This document shows, one piece after another, positions 1 through 12,600 of a stretch of 64,000 bases of DNA. The notes beneath the pieces are model-generated. The model made no database searches and was not told the origin of the DNA. It saw only the letters and a program-made list of their open reading frames with translations. Both the position numbers and the translations under genes were made by a program. Each line of letters starts with the position of its first letter. Position 1 is the stretch's first letter. Source of the DNA: Phaeosaccion multiseriatum (taxonomy: Eukaryota; Protista; Ochrophyta, other classes); the NCBI GenBank assembly GCA_965112735.1, contig OZ218959.1, forward strand, positions 3,224,001 through 3,288,000, written 5' to 3'.

Positions 1-3000
1 AGGGGAGGGGGCGTGTGAGTAGGGAGGGGAGGGAGCTTGAAGCGGAGGGCAGGAGGAGAAGAAAGACCTTGAGCAGGGGAGTGCAGGTGAGTGTGTGTGT
101 GTGTGAGTGAGTGAGACAGAGGTGACAAGCACGCGCCTAGCTGGTGGAAGGCAGGGAGGGAGGGAAGGAAGGAGGGAGGGAGGGAAGGAGGGGGAGAGGG
201 AAGAGCGGGAGGGAGGACTATCTATTCTTTTTGTCTGTCTGTCTGTCTGTCTGCCTGTCTTTCTGTCGTACTACCTGTCCGTCGTAGGGCAAGTCCAAAC
301 GCAAAACAAACCATGTCCGCCCCTCTCCTTCCGCTGCCATCCCCCCTCCAACCCCCATGCTAAGCTTCAGTTGCTCCTTCCCTCACCTCTATCACTGTAT
401 CACCAACTGCTGGGGCTCCTCTGCAGGCCTTGCGGACGTGGTGCGCAGGCAGCAGATGGCGACAGGCAGACAGAGCTTCACGCGAGAAGCACCAACACCT
501 CCTCTTCCCTCCCTCACTGCACTCGTATGGGCAACAGCAGAGACAAGAGCAGCAGTCATATGGACGGCAGGAGGAGGCGCATGGACAGTTGGTGATACAG
601 CAGCAGTATGAGCAGTTGGTGCTACAGCATGAGCAGTCGTATGGGCAGAGGCAAGCAATCACAATGAGGCCCTCTCCGGAGGGGCAGAGGCGACGACAAA
701 GGCACGCGCTGTGTATGTGGGGGGCGGCGATGGAGAGGAGGATAGCGGCAAACCACAAGATTCAGCGTGTGTGTAGACATCTGCAGCAGCGGTATATGGA
801 GAGATGGAAGGAGGCATCTGTGAGGGGGGTGGAGAGGCGGAGGGTGGAGGGTTGGAGGAGGGAGGGGCGGCTAAGGAGGGGGTGGAGGGAGTGGAGGGCT
901 GCGGTGGAGGAGGGGAGAGAGAGGGAGGCGTGGAGGAGGGGGAGGAGGAGGGCGATGCTGCACAGCGCGTGGGTGCGGTGGTGGGGGACGAAGGGGGCGG
1001 GGGGGGCGAGCGGGTTATGTGCGAGGAGGAGGAGGGAGGTGGAGGGGGAGCAGCACTGGCAGAGGAGAGCCACGGCAAGGGCAATGTTGGCTTGGAGGGT
1101 GTTTCCTGTATGGCGGCAGGGGCAGCGGCAGGTGAGAGGGAGGGGAGAGAGGGAGAGGGAGGGCGGGGGAGGCATTGGCTTTGATCTCCTTCCTTCTTCC
1201 TTCTTGTTTGTCGCGATTCTTGACAATACCTAACACGCATAGTTTCTTGTGTGTGTGTGTGCATGTGCGTGTGTATGCGTGTGTGTGTGTATGTGGATAT
1301 GCGTGTGTGTGTGTGTGTGTGTGTGTGATATGTGTGGATATGCGCGTGCGTGTGCCATGCAGCGCCGAGAGATAGCGAGCGTCTTTGCACGAAACACCCA
1401 CCTGCAGCAAGGAATAGACATATGGGAGTTGGGCATTCGAACCCAGATGGCGACAGCCCTGACTCTGGAGCGAGGCTGGAGACACCGGCGCATGGCAGGC
1501 CTGAGGCGCGGATTGGAGAGGGTCAGGGAGGAGGTGGGGAGGAGGAGGAGGAGGAGGGAGGGGGGGCAGCAGTGGCGAGACTGGCGACGTCGGAAAGGGC
1601 TGCTTCGGATGCTGCTGCTGCTACGCATGAGGGGAGGAGGGGAGGGGGGGCACGACAGAAGAGTGACTATCATGACAGAGCAGCGTGGAGAGAGAGAGGA
1701 GGAGAGAGAGGGAGGCGGCGACATCTTGTTTTGTACTCAGAGCGGTCCAATTCGTTGGGAGGGTGGGGGCAGTTCGAGTCCGGGCGGTCATGGGAGGGAG
1801 GAGGGGGAGTGGATGTCGCCATCTGTGGGGACGAGAAGGGGGGGGGTGGGGGAGGGGGGAGGCAGCAGAAGCAGCAGCATCAGCAGAGCAAGAGGAAGAG
1901 GGATCCGGGAGAGCTCAGGGGTGCTCCAGGGGGGCTCAGGGCTGTGCCAGTTGGGGGAGGAGAGCGGGTATCACCACCAGGGGGGGCATGGGGGGGGGGG
2001 GGGAGGAGTGTGGGAGGGGGGCGCTTTGGGGGAGGCGTTGGGCCTTGCAGGGGAGTGGGCCGTGCAGCGAGGGGGGGAGAAGGCGCTGCAGGCCTGGAAG
2101 GGGAGGGGGAGGGAGGCGAGGGAAAGGAGGGGCAGGAGGGAGAGCGCCGAGTGGCACTGGCGGTAAGTGCGGGGGGGGTGGGGTGTTGTCTTGTTGGGTG
2201 ATGACTCACTCACTGACTCACACATTCACTCCCTCGCTCACTCACTCGCTCACTCATTCATTTTACTCACTCACTCACTCACTCACTCACTCACTAACTC
2301 ACTCATTCATTTTACTTACTCACTCACTCACTCACTAACTCACTCACTCACTCACTCACTCACTCACTCGCTCTCTCCCTCCCTCACTCCCTCCCTCCCT
2401 CCCTCCCTCCCCTCCCTCCTTTCCCTCCCTCCCCTCCCCCCCCCCCCTCCTTTCCCTCCCTCAGGCTGCGAGGTGGGAAAGAAGGCCTGTCCTTGTGGCT
2501 GGGGCGATGTCGGACCCTCAAGAGAAGGGCGGCGCTGTCCAGTGCCATCGCAGAGAGGCGCAGCCAGCGGATGGCCCGAGGGGCACTGCAACAGGCGAGT
2601 GAGGAGTGAGGAGGTGTCAGGACAGAGGGGGCGGCGAGGGGGTGAGGGAGGGCAGAGCGGAGGCATATGGGCAGAGCAGCGATGAGGCGTATGGGCAGAG
2701 CCGATAAGTGTCGACAAGTGTCGGCGCTCTTGTCCTCTCTTCTGCCTGCCTCTGTGTCTCTCTGTCCCATCCTCACTCTCAACACGTGCCTCCATCCCCT
2801 GCCATCCCTTGCCTCCTCCACTGCCATCCCCTGCCATCCCCTGCCATCCTCTGCCATCCCCTGCCATCCCCTGCCATCCCTTGCCATCCCCTGCCATCCC
2901 CTGCCATCTTCCACTGCCATGTTCGATTGTCACCCCACAGTGGCGAGAGTGGGTGCGTGCGTGTCAGTCGGAGGTCCGCTTAAGGCTGCAGCAAGGGGCC

Positions 3001-5778
3001 TTCGACGCGCTGCTTCAGCACAGGTATGTAGTCCATATGCCTGTCTTGATAATGCACATATGCCTGTCTTTCTAGTGTCCATATGCCTGTCTTGATAATG
3101 CCCATATGCCTGTCTTGATAATGCCCATATGCCTATCTTGATAATGCCCATATGCCTGTCTTGATAATGCCCATATGCCTGTCCTGATGTATGTCCATAT
3201 GCCTGTCTTGATAGTGCCCATATGCCTATCTTGATAATGCCCATATGCCTGTCTTTATAGTGTCCATATGCCTGTCTTGATAATGCCCATATGCCTGTCC
3301 TGATGTATGTCCATATGCCTGTCTTGATAGTGCCCATATGCCTATCTTGATAATGCCCATATGCCTGTCTTGATTATGCCCATATGCCTGCCTTGCTAAT
3401 AACCATATGCCTATCTTCGAGCGAAATGTCTGGCTACTGCCCCATATGCCTGCCAATGCTGCTATATGAATGAACGCTGAAAGGGACGAACCTAAGGAAG
3501 TTAACACCCTTTTCCCTCTCCCTCTCCCAAGCCTCCCTTCCTGCCTCCCTTACTCCCTTTCTCGCTCCACCCCCCCCCTCCCTCTCTTCCTCCCTCCCCA
3601 TCCACTGCCATCCATCCCCCCTGTAACTGTATCGTAACTGCAAATGTAACTATATCAAATCCACCAAAGCTCCTCCCGCAAGGCCCAAGCTGCCCTGGTG
3701 AGGGCTCTGCTGCTGCGCCGCTCCTTCGCCGCGCTGTTGACTGCCATCCGAAGAGCGAGGCACACACGGAAGGCAGGGGAGAGCGTGGCCAAGAGGGGAA
3801 GAACCAACATGCTGAGGTGTGTCAAGGGAGGGGAAAGAGGGAAGGAGTGGGGAAGGGAAGAAGGAGGGAGGGAGGGAGGGGGGGAGGGATGGATGGAAGG
3901 AGGGAAGGAGGAAAGAAGGAAGAGAGAGGAAGGAAGGAGGGAGGGAGGGAGGGAGGGAGGGAAGGAGGAAAGAAGGAAGAGAGAGGAAGGAGGGAGGGAG
4001 GGAGGGAGGGAGGGAGGGAGGGATGGATGGAAGGAGGGAAGGAGGAAAGAAGGAAGAGAGAGGAAGGAGGAAGGGAGGGAGGGAGGGAGGGATGGAAGGA
4101 GGGATGTATGCCTGCCTCCCTGCCTATATGCCTGCATCCCTGCCCTACCCACTGCGGCTGTGCTGTATCACCAACTGGCTGGCTGCTGTATCACCAACTG
4201 GCTGTGCTGTATCACCAACTGGCTGTACTGTATCACCAACTGTCTGTGTTGTGTCACCAACTGGCTGTACTGTATCACCAACTGGCTGTACTGTATCACC
4301 AACTGGCTGTGCTGTATCACCGAACACAGAGCGGCTTGGAGCTGTTGGGGGGCGGCCCTTGATGAGCGCAGACTCGAGGGTCAGGCCGCACACTGGAGAG
4401 AGGAAAGGATGCACACAGGTGGGGAAGGGGGGAAGGGGGGGAGGGGGGGGTGCGATAATGACGGACGGGCGAGGAGCGAGGGCACACACACACACACACA
4501 CATTCACATGCACACACGCGCCCGTAAACACTCACACACACACCCCAAAACCCTCCCCGCTCCCCGATTGTTTCTTGGTTCCTTCCCTCCCTCCCTCCCT
4601 CCCTCCCTCCCTCCCTCCCTCCCTCCCTCCCTCCCTCCCTCCCTCCCTCCCTCCCTCCCTCCCTCCCTCCCTCCCTCCCTCCCTCCCTCCCTTCCCCCCT
4701 TCCTTCCTTCCTTCTTAGCCGCCTCTGCTTGTCTGTCGGTGTGGGCGGGCAAGACTCTCGCGTCCGCAGCCGAGCGCCGCAGACAAGCATCAGCACATAC
4801 TCTCTTCTCCTCCTCAGAGCGTCGCCAGCAAGTGGGGCTGTTGGTCGTACGGAAGCTCACGCTGAGAAGAGAGGGCATGGCATGGGAGAGGCTCGACCTG
4901 CACCGCCGATGCAAACAGAGAAGGTAGGAGGTGCACATACGTAATTCTTACGTAATTATTAGGTAGGAGGGGGGTAGGTTTTTGTTTCGGTGGTGAGGAG
5001 CGGAGGGGGGGGGTGGCGCTCTGAAGAGAGCCGATATCGTTAATATCGCTAATATCGTTAATATCGCTAATATCGTTAATATCATAGTAAGAGTGTCAAG
5101 ACGGACTTCCCTTAAGTCCCTCACCAGCGTCCCCTCCCTCCCTCCTTCCCTCCTTCCCTCCCTCCTTCCCTCCCTCCTTCCCTCCCTCCCTCCCTCCCTC
5201 CCTCCCTCCCTCCCTCTCTCCCTCCCTCCCTCCCTCCCTCCCTCTCTCCCTCTCTCCCTCCCTCCCTCCCTCCCTCCCTCCTTCCTTCCCTCCCTCCCTC
5301 CCTCCCTCCCTCCCTCCCTCTCTCCCTCCCTCCCTCCCTCCCTCCCTCCACCCCTCCACCCCTCTCTGACCAGGCGGCTCATGCTCACTACGGCTTGTGC
5401 TCAGCGCGAGGCCCTCAGGCAGCAGCAGGCTCTCCGCACATGGTGGTCATACGCAGTCGTCGCCAGGGCTCACAGACGCGCACAGAGATTCTCCCGTCAC
5501 GAGGTGAGGAGGAGGAGGAGGAGGAGGAGGAGGAGGAGGAGGAGGAGGAGGAGGAGGAGGAGCGGGAGAAAGTTCACCTCAGTTGGAGTTCACTTCAATT
5601 CTTCTTTTACTCACTCACTCACTTGGTCACGCACCTCTGCCCCCCACCGGTCAACACCCATATCCACCAACACATACACACATACGCGCGCGCACGCACG
5701 CACACACACACGTACGCACACATCCACCCACGCACACACACACACACGCACACACACACACGCACGCCCACACACACT

Positions 5779-5856
<78 letters not shown>

Positions 5857-8800
5857 AACGTACGCAGGGTATGTGGCGAGGTGTGCAGGGGCTCTCGCGT
5901 CACCACTCGAGGCAGCGCAAGGCTCGGCTGAGGTGGGGCTTCAACGCCCTTGTGGGTGCGTGGAGGACCTCCACACGCGCCCACACCGTCGGAGAGGACT
6001 TCTGGGCAGATACCGAGGTGCGCTTCCATTCCGTGGGGGGGGGGGCGGGGTGAGGGTGTTAACTACGTTCGGGGTCTTTGTTCTGTTTTGTCTGTACGCT
6101 AGGGGAGGGTTTGAAGCTCTATGATACTATTCACCCTCTCGCTCTCTCTCTCTGCCCCTCCCTCTCTCATTCCTTTCTCCCTCACTCACTCCCTCCCTCC
6201 CTCCCTCCCTCCCTCCCTCCCTCCCTCCCTCACTCCCTCCCTCACTCCCTCCCTCCCTCCCTCTCCCCGCTCTCCCTCCCTCCCTCCCTCCCTCCCTCAC
6301 TCACTCCCTCCCTCCCTCCCTCCCTCCCTCCCTCCCTCCCTCCCTCCCTCCCTCCCTCCCTCCCTCCCTCTCCCCCTCCCTCCCTCCCTCCCTCCCTCCC
6401 TCCCTCCCTCCCTCCCTCCCTCCCTCCCTCCCTCCCTCCCTCCCTCCCTCCCTCCCTCCCTCCCTCCCTCCCTCCCTCCCTCCCTCCCTCCCTCCCTCCC
6501 TCCCTCCCTCCCTCCCTCCCTCCCTCCCTCCCTCCCTCCCTCCCTCCCTCCCTCCCTCCCTCCCTCCCTCCCTCCCTCCCTCCCTCCCTCCCTCCCTCCC
6601 TCCCTCCCTCCCTCCCTCCCTCCCTCCCTCCCTCCCTCCCTCCCTCCCTCCCTCCCTCCCTCCCTCCCTCTTCCTCCCTCCCTCCCTCCCTCCCTCCCTC
6701 CCTCCCTCCCTCCCTCCCTCCCTCCCTCCCTCCCTCCCTCCCTCCCTCCCTCCCTCCCTCCCTCCCTCCCTCCCTCTCCCCGCTCTTCCTCCCTCCCTCC
6801 CTCCCTCCCTCCCTCTCTCTCCCTGCCGCTCTCTCAGCGCCCCCGCCTCCTCCGTGCCGGGCTGCACCTTTGGCGGACTCACCACCGCTTTGCTGGCAGG
6901 GGTCGACACCTTCACTGGCGCTCTCTACGGCACGAGAAGGAGAGGGCCTTGCAGAGGATTAGGAGGGGCGTGCAGGGGAGGAAGGAGAGAAGGGAGGCGA
7001 GCAAACAGGGGGACGTTCGGGTTGACGAGCATAGGCGACAGGTGAGGGTGTGTGTGGGGGGGGGGGGGTGAGGATATTAGAAGCATATGAGGGGGTGAGG
7101 ATATTAGAAGCATATGAGGGGGTGGGAGGAGGGGGGTCTCTTGTCTTCCTCTTCCTCTCGCGACGCGTCTGACGCACACGCACGCACACACGCACTCACA
7201 CACACACACACGCAACAACACGTCCCCTTCTTCCCTCCTCCCTCCCCCCCCATCCACTGCCATCCACTGCCACTACTGCCATCCACTGTCATCCACTGCC
7301 ATCCCCTGCCGTCCCCCCCCTTAAAGACCTCTTTGAGGACTGCGCTGGCGGTGTGGACAACAGAGGCTCGACAAGAGGCTCGAGAGGTAAGATTACGTAA
7401 GCGTGGCATGTTCATTACGTAAGGGTCTGGGTGTAGGGTATCTCTCCATGTCCCGCCCACCCCTTAGAAAGCCGTTTGAGACGTCACCACTTCACATTCT
7501 TCCTCGTGTGTGTGTGTGCGCGCGTATGTGTATGTGCCTGTTCATGTGCTGCGTGTGTGTGCGTGTGAGTGTGCGTGCGTGTGAGTGCGTGTGTGACTCT
7601 TACTCTGCCTTGTGTTGTCCTTCCCTTCCCTTCCCTTCCCTTCCCTTCCCTTCCCTTCCCTTCCCTTCCCTTCCCTTCCCTTCCCTTCCCTTCCCTTCCC
7701 TTCCCTTCCATTGCTCTTACCAGAGGGCCTTGAGCAAGGTCAGAGCGAATCGACTGAGTCAAAGCCCGGCACTACGGCTTCATTGCCTCCTCTGCACCGG
7801 CTGGACACGCTGGGCAGCAAGGTGCTCGGACAGAGGCAAACGGGTAGGGGAGAAGGAGATGGCGCTTCGCCACTGGAGGGAGAGAGGCGTCTCCAGGGGG
7901 GTGCGGCGCTGGCGAGAGCGGTGGGAGCGGCAGCGGAGCATCGAGGTGAATAGACACACAGAGAGAGAGAGAGAGGGGGGGAGAGAGAGAGCGAGAGAGA
8001 GAGAGAGCGAGAGAGGGGGGGGGGGGGAGATAGAGAGAGCGAGAGAGAGAGCGAGAGGGGGGGTTGGGGGAGATAGAGGAGAAGGGAACGTGCTCCTTCG
8101 TAGCTTGTTCTTGAAAACCTCCTCTCCCGGGGGGTAAGGGTGTCGGCGCTGAATCCCTGTCGTCCTCTGTCCCGTCCTCGTCATCCCTGTCCCTCCCTTG
8201 CCCTTCCAACAAAGCATCTCGGCCGCTCCATCCGGCACAAGCTCGCTCGCTCTGTGCTCGCTGAGTGGTGTGCGTGTGCGTCTACCTCGGCTCTGTTGAG
8301 CAGAAGGGGCAAGGAGGTGCAGCGGAGAGTGAGGGAATCGATCCTCAGGGCAGCGCTCCGGGCCTTTGCGCTGGTGAGGGAGAGGGGAGGGAGGGGAGGG
8401 AGGGAGGGAGGGGAGGGAGGGAGGGAGGGACAGGAGGGAGGGAGGGACAGGAGGGAGGGAGAGGGGGGAGGGGGAGGAGGGAGAGGAGGGAGGGAGGGAG
8501 AGGAGGGAGGGAGGGAGGGAGGGAGGGAGGGAGGGAAAGGCCTCCCGTCTCATATGGTCCCCCAACACCACGCCCTTTGACGGCTCATTGTCCTGCCTCC
8601 CTCCGCCCCCCTCTCTCTCCTGCTCTCCCCTCTCGCGGCAACCTGCTCTACGGCCTGGATCATCTTCATATCACCAACTGCTGCACTTGTCCCTAATCCT
8701 AATCCTAATCCTAAATGCACACAACAACTCACAGATGCACACCGCCAGACTGAGCGCTCGAGGCCTCCTGAAGCGCCGCTTCGTTCACTTGTGGAGAGAC

Positions 8801-9658
8801 GCCATGGTGAGAAGGAGACTTGACCGAGGCACCGCAAGCCGTGTTGTAGGGGCGTGGCGAACCGCAGCGAGGCGGAAAGCGGTGTGCAGAGAGGGGTGGA
8901 AGAGCGCAGTGTTGCAGGAGTGGAGTCGGGTGGGGCGTCAGCTGCGTGAAGGGAGGGAGGCGGCCGGGCATATGGGCAGGGAGAGGGAGGAGGAGAGGGC
9001 TCTGATGGCGCTCCAGGGGTGGAGCCAGGCGGCGAAGAGAAGGCGCAGAGAGAGGCAACTTGGGCAGGTGAGTGTGTGCGTCGTACGTGTCTGTGCGTGC
9101 GTGCGTGCGTGCGTGCGTGGGTGTGTGCGTGGGAGGGTACGTGCGTGCATGCGTGGGTGTGTGCGTGTGGTGGGTGCGTGGGTGGGATGGAGGGAGCCTT
9201 AGGACTGCTCAAGTGGCATGCCCGTATGCCTGCCTGCCCATATGCCTATCTGTCTAATATTCTCTTCACTTGATTCTTGATTCCTTGCCCCAACGTAAGT
9301 CAGCAACAAGAATATCTTTCGTCCTCTTCTCTCTCTGTGGTATGCTGTGTCTTATCCTCGGAGCAGGCATGCCTCCTCCAAAGGCGTCAGCGACTGGCCC
9401 TCTCTGCACTCAAAAGCGCGGCGACGGTTCGAAAGGCGGACAGGTGAGAGGCAGGGAGGAGCAGAAGCGTATGGGCAGGCTTGAGGAGAGGATGCGAGGC
9501 ATATGGGCAGAGACGCGGAGATTTGCTGGCGTATCACGCTCTCGTCATGCCCATGCCATCACGGATTCATTTGTCACTATGACTCTCTCTCTCATCCCAT
9601 CATTCTCTTCCTCTCTCTCTCTCTCCATCTCCCTCTCTCTCCCCCCCTCCCCTCTCTC

Positions 9659-9690
<32 letters not shown>

Positions 9691-12600
9691 GCTCTCTCGC
9701 TCTCTGCCCCTCTATCCGCTCCGTCCGTGCCCCCTCTTTCGATAGGGAGAGATGGAAGGCCGCGGAGGATTTCCATCGCCACCACCTGCTCCAGTCCCCA
9801 GGGGGGCGGGGAGAACCCTTTGCCTCACACCCCCGGAGGAGGGCTGGGCCTGATCCTGCCGCGACCCCGGGGGCTTGGAGGGCAAAGGCGAAAGCGGTGG
9901 TGAGCGGTCTTCGCTTGGATCTTTTCTCAACGCCGCTTGGCCAAGGGCAGAGAGAGGGACAGACCAGGGAACAGACAGGTAGTGAGCGCACGCGCCCACA
10001 CACCACGCACGTGGGCTACACACACCCACACGCGCAGCACGCAAACACGCACGCACACACGCACGCACACACAGACTCATCATGGGGCTCTACCCACTCT
10101 ACGCATGTTGGGCATATGGGATGCTCCTCCTCCTCTTCCTCCTCCTCCCCTTCGTCCTCCTCCGCCCGATGCGGCATCGCCCCGGCCTCTGTGTCTACGA
10201 TCACTCCCCTGCGTTCCTCGCTGCTGAGAGGCGGGGCAGAGGCATTGCATGGGTCAGGGGCAGGGGCATTGCATAGGACAGGGGATGTGTCCAGCGCGGC
10301 CACAAGTCCCGCCGCCGCCTTCAGAGAGAGTGCTGCTGTTGTATCGCCAACTTCTGTACCTGCTGCTGCTAGGGCGGAGGGGCACGAGTTTGGCACAAAC
10401 GTGGTGTGGCGGTGGGGACGTTGGATGAGGGGTGTGCGGGCGGGGAGGGGCTTCGAACAAGAGGTCGGTGACGGGGCGCGGCGGCGGCTGACCACGGGCA
10501 GATACCTCAGGCGGTGGAGGGGACAGGCGGGGAGGGGGAGCGCACAGCGACTGAGGCTACAGGGAGGTGGGTTTCCGGTTGGAGAGGGAAGGGAAGGGAA
10601 GGGAAGGGGAGATGGCAGTGGACGGGGGGACTGGGGGCTGGATAGGTAGGGAGGCAGAGGCTGAGCCTTTTCCTTCTTTTGGTGGGTATGGCACTCACTC
10701 ACTCAGTCCCCTCCCCTCCCCTCCCCTCCCCTCCCCTCCCCTCCCCTCCCCTCCCCTCCCCTCCCCTCCCCTCCCCTCCCCTCCCCTCCCCTCCCCTCCC
10801 CTCCCCTCCCCTCCCCTCCCCTCCCCTCCCTCGCAGCCCTCAGCCATCACCGGGCAGTGCGACAGAAGGAGGTCCTCCTTGTGTGGCAGAGCATCTCTCT
10901 TCTCAAGCGTAGGGTGCGTCTCTGCCTCCGCGAGTGGCACCACAGGGCTCGCCATCGGGCTCGCGTGGGAGCGAGTTTGGCCGCAGCGAGGGCTTGGAGG
11001 CGGAGAGTCGGCATACATCGCTTGTGGAGGAGGTGGAGGCGCTTCCATACCGAGGCCTTGAGGTAAGAAGCGAGGTTCTGAGTGAGTGCGTGCGTGCGTG
11101 AGTGAGAAAGTGAGTGAGTGAGTGAGTGAGTGGGTGGGTGGGTGGGTGGGTGGGTGGGGGATGAGTGGTTATCTCTTCTCCTCTTCTTCAATGTTCGTGA
11201 TTCCTTCTCTCTCCGACTCTCCCTCTCCCTCCCTCCCTCCCTCCCTCCCTCCCTCCCTCCCTCCCTCCCTCTCTGTGCGGCAGGCTCAAGCGCTGCCACA
11301 ACGCCGTATCTCGCCGCTCCTTGCCCCTCCTTCAGCGAACGGCACTGCGCGCCTGGCGTCAGGCCTGGCAGCAAGCCACACAAGTTAGGCATCTAGAGCG
11401 TCGACAGTTGGAGGCACAGACCCTGGAGACAGTCTTCTCGGAGTGGAGGGGGGTGGTGCAAGGAGTAGTGGAGTGGCGAAGGCGTGTGATGGAGGAGCAT
11501 GTTCTGGATGAGAAGACGCAGTGGATAAAGCTCAGGCTGACGAGGGCCGGGGTGAGGAGAGCGCTGGGCAAGTGGAGGCGATGGGCCCCTATACGGGCGG
11601 GGAGGGCGGAGCGGAGCAGAAAGGAAAGACAGGTGAGGGGAGGGGAGGAGAGGAGAGGGGAGGGGAGGGGAGGGGAGTAGAGAGGGGGAGGTTAAGGGGC
11701 TTGCGCTCTTGCACCCTGCTGCTGCGAATGTGTATCATGTTCGTCTCGCCACTCACTCACTCACTCACTCACTCACTACCTCACTCACTCACTCACTCAC
11801 TCACTCACTCACTCACTCTCTCTCTCTTCACGCCACTCACTCACTCACTCACTCACTCACTCACTCACCCACTCTCTCTCACTCGTTCTCTTCTCGCCAC
11901 TCACTCACTCACTCACTCACTCACTCTCTCACTCTCTCTCTCACACACTTACCTCTCTCCTCCCGCTGTTACAATGTACAAACTGTCACAATAGACCCTC
12001 CTCGCGCTGCGCCATTGGCGACGGGCTGCATCTGCTGCCATCGGAGACGGACACAGAGGAGGAGGAGGAGGAGAAGGGGAGCCTTCGTCTGCGGTGGTGT
12101 CACTTTCACCATCACCATCACTCGCCCCTCACACTACCTCTACTTTCCGCAGGGAGTCGGTGCCGTCAGCAGCAGTTGGTGATACAGCAAGCTTCGGCTT
12201 CGGAAGAACTCCTCCTCCCCACTCAAAGTCTTCCTCCTCCAGCAGCAGAGGAATGTTTTCCAGCCGAGGAACGTTCTCCGCCCCCCAGTCCTCCTCCAGA
12301 AGAACGTTCTCAACCCGGCCCCAGTCCCAGCCTCTGGACGCTAAGGAAGACAGCGCTAAAGGGAAGGGAAGGGGAAGGGGAGGGGTGTCTCCATATCTGT
12401 CTCCGTCTCCCTCTCTCTCTTCTTCTCCATCGGGAAAGGACTCTACCCCTGGCACACAAGGCTCACAACGCACATGGTCGAGGCGACGGGCGGTGCTGGG
12501 CAGCGCTGCTCTTATGAAAGTCATGACACCAGGTATATGGGCATGGTACAGAGAGAGGGGAACGAGCGGAGTTTTAGTTTTAGTTGCTGTGGTGGTCTGG

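Noticed and set aside
395-412. Similarity of TATCACC to the phage lambda operator half-site
   Set aside because: Only 7 bp, no palindromic partner and no phage context
3033-3451. CRISPR-like appearance of the 21-34 bp arrays (also 4160-4322 and 32211-33240)
   Set aside because: Head-to-tail repeats with no unique spacers, no cas genes, and a eukaryotic intron context
6078-7071. Long PPSL/REGG ORFs, and similar ones at 29860-30739, 38775-39623 and 49526-50569
   Set aside because: Stop-free microsatellites inside introns; only the flanking exon portions are coding
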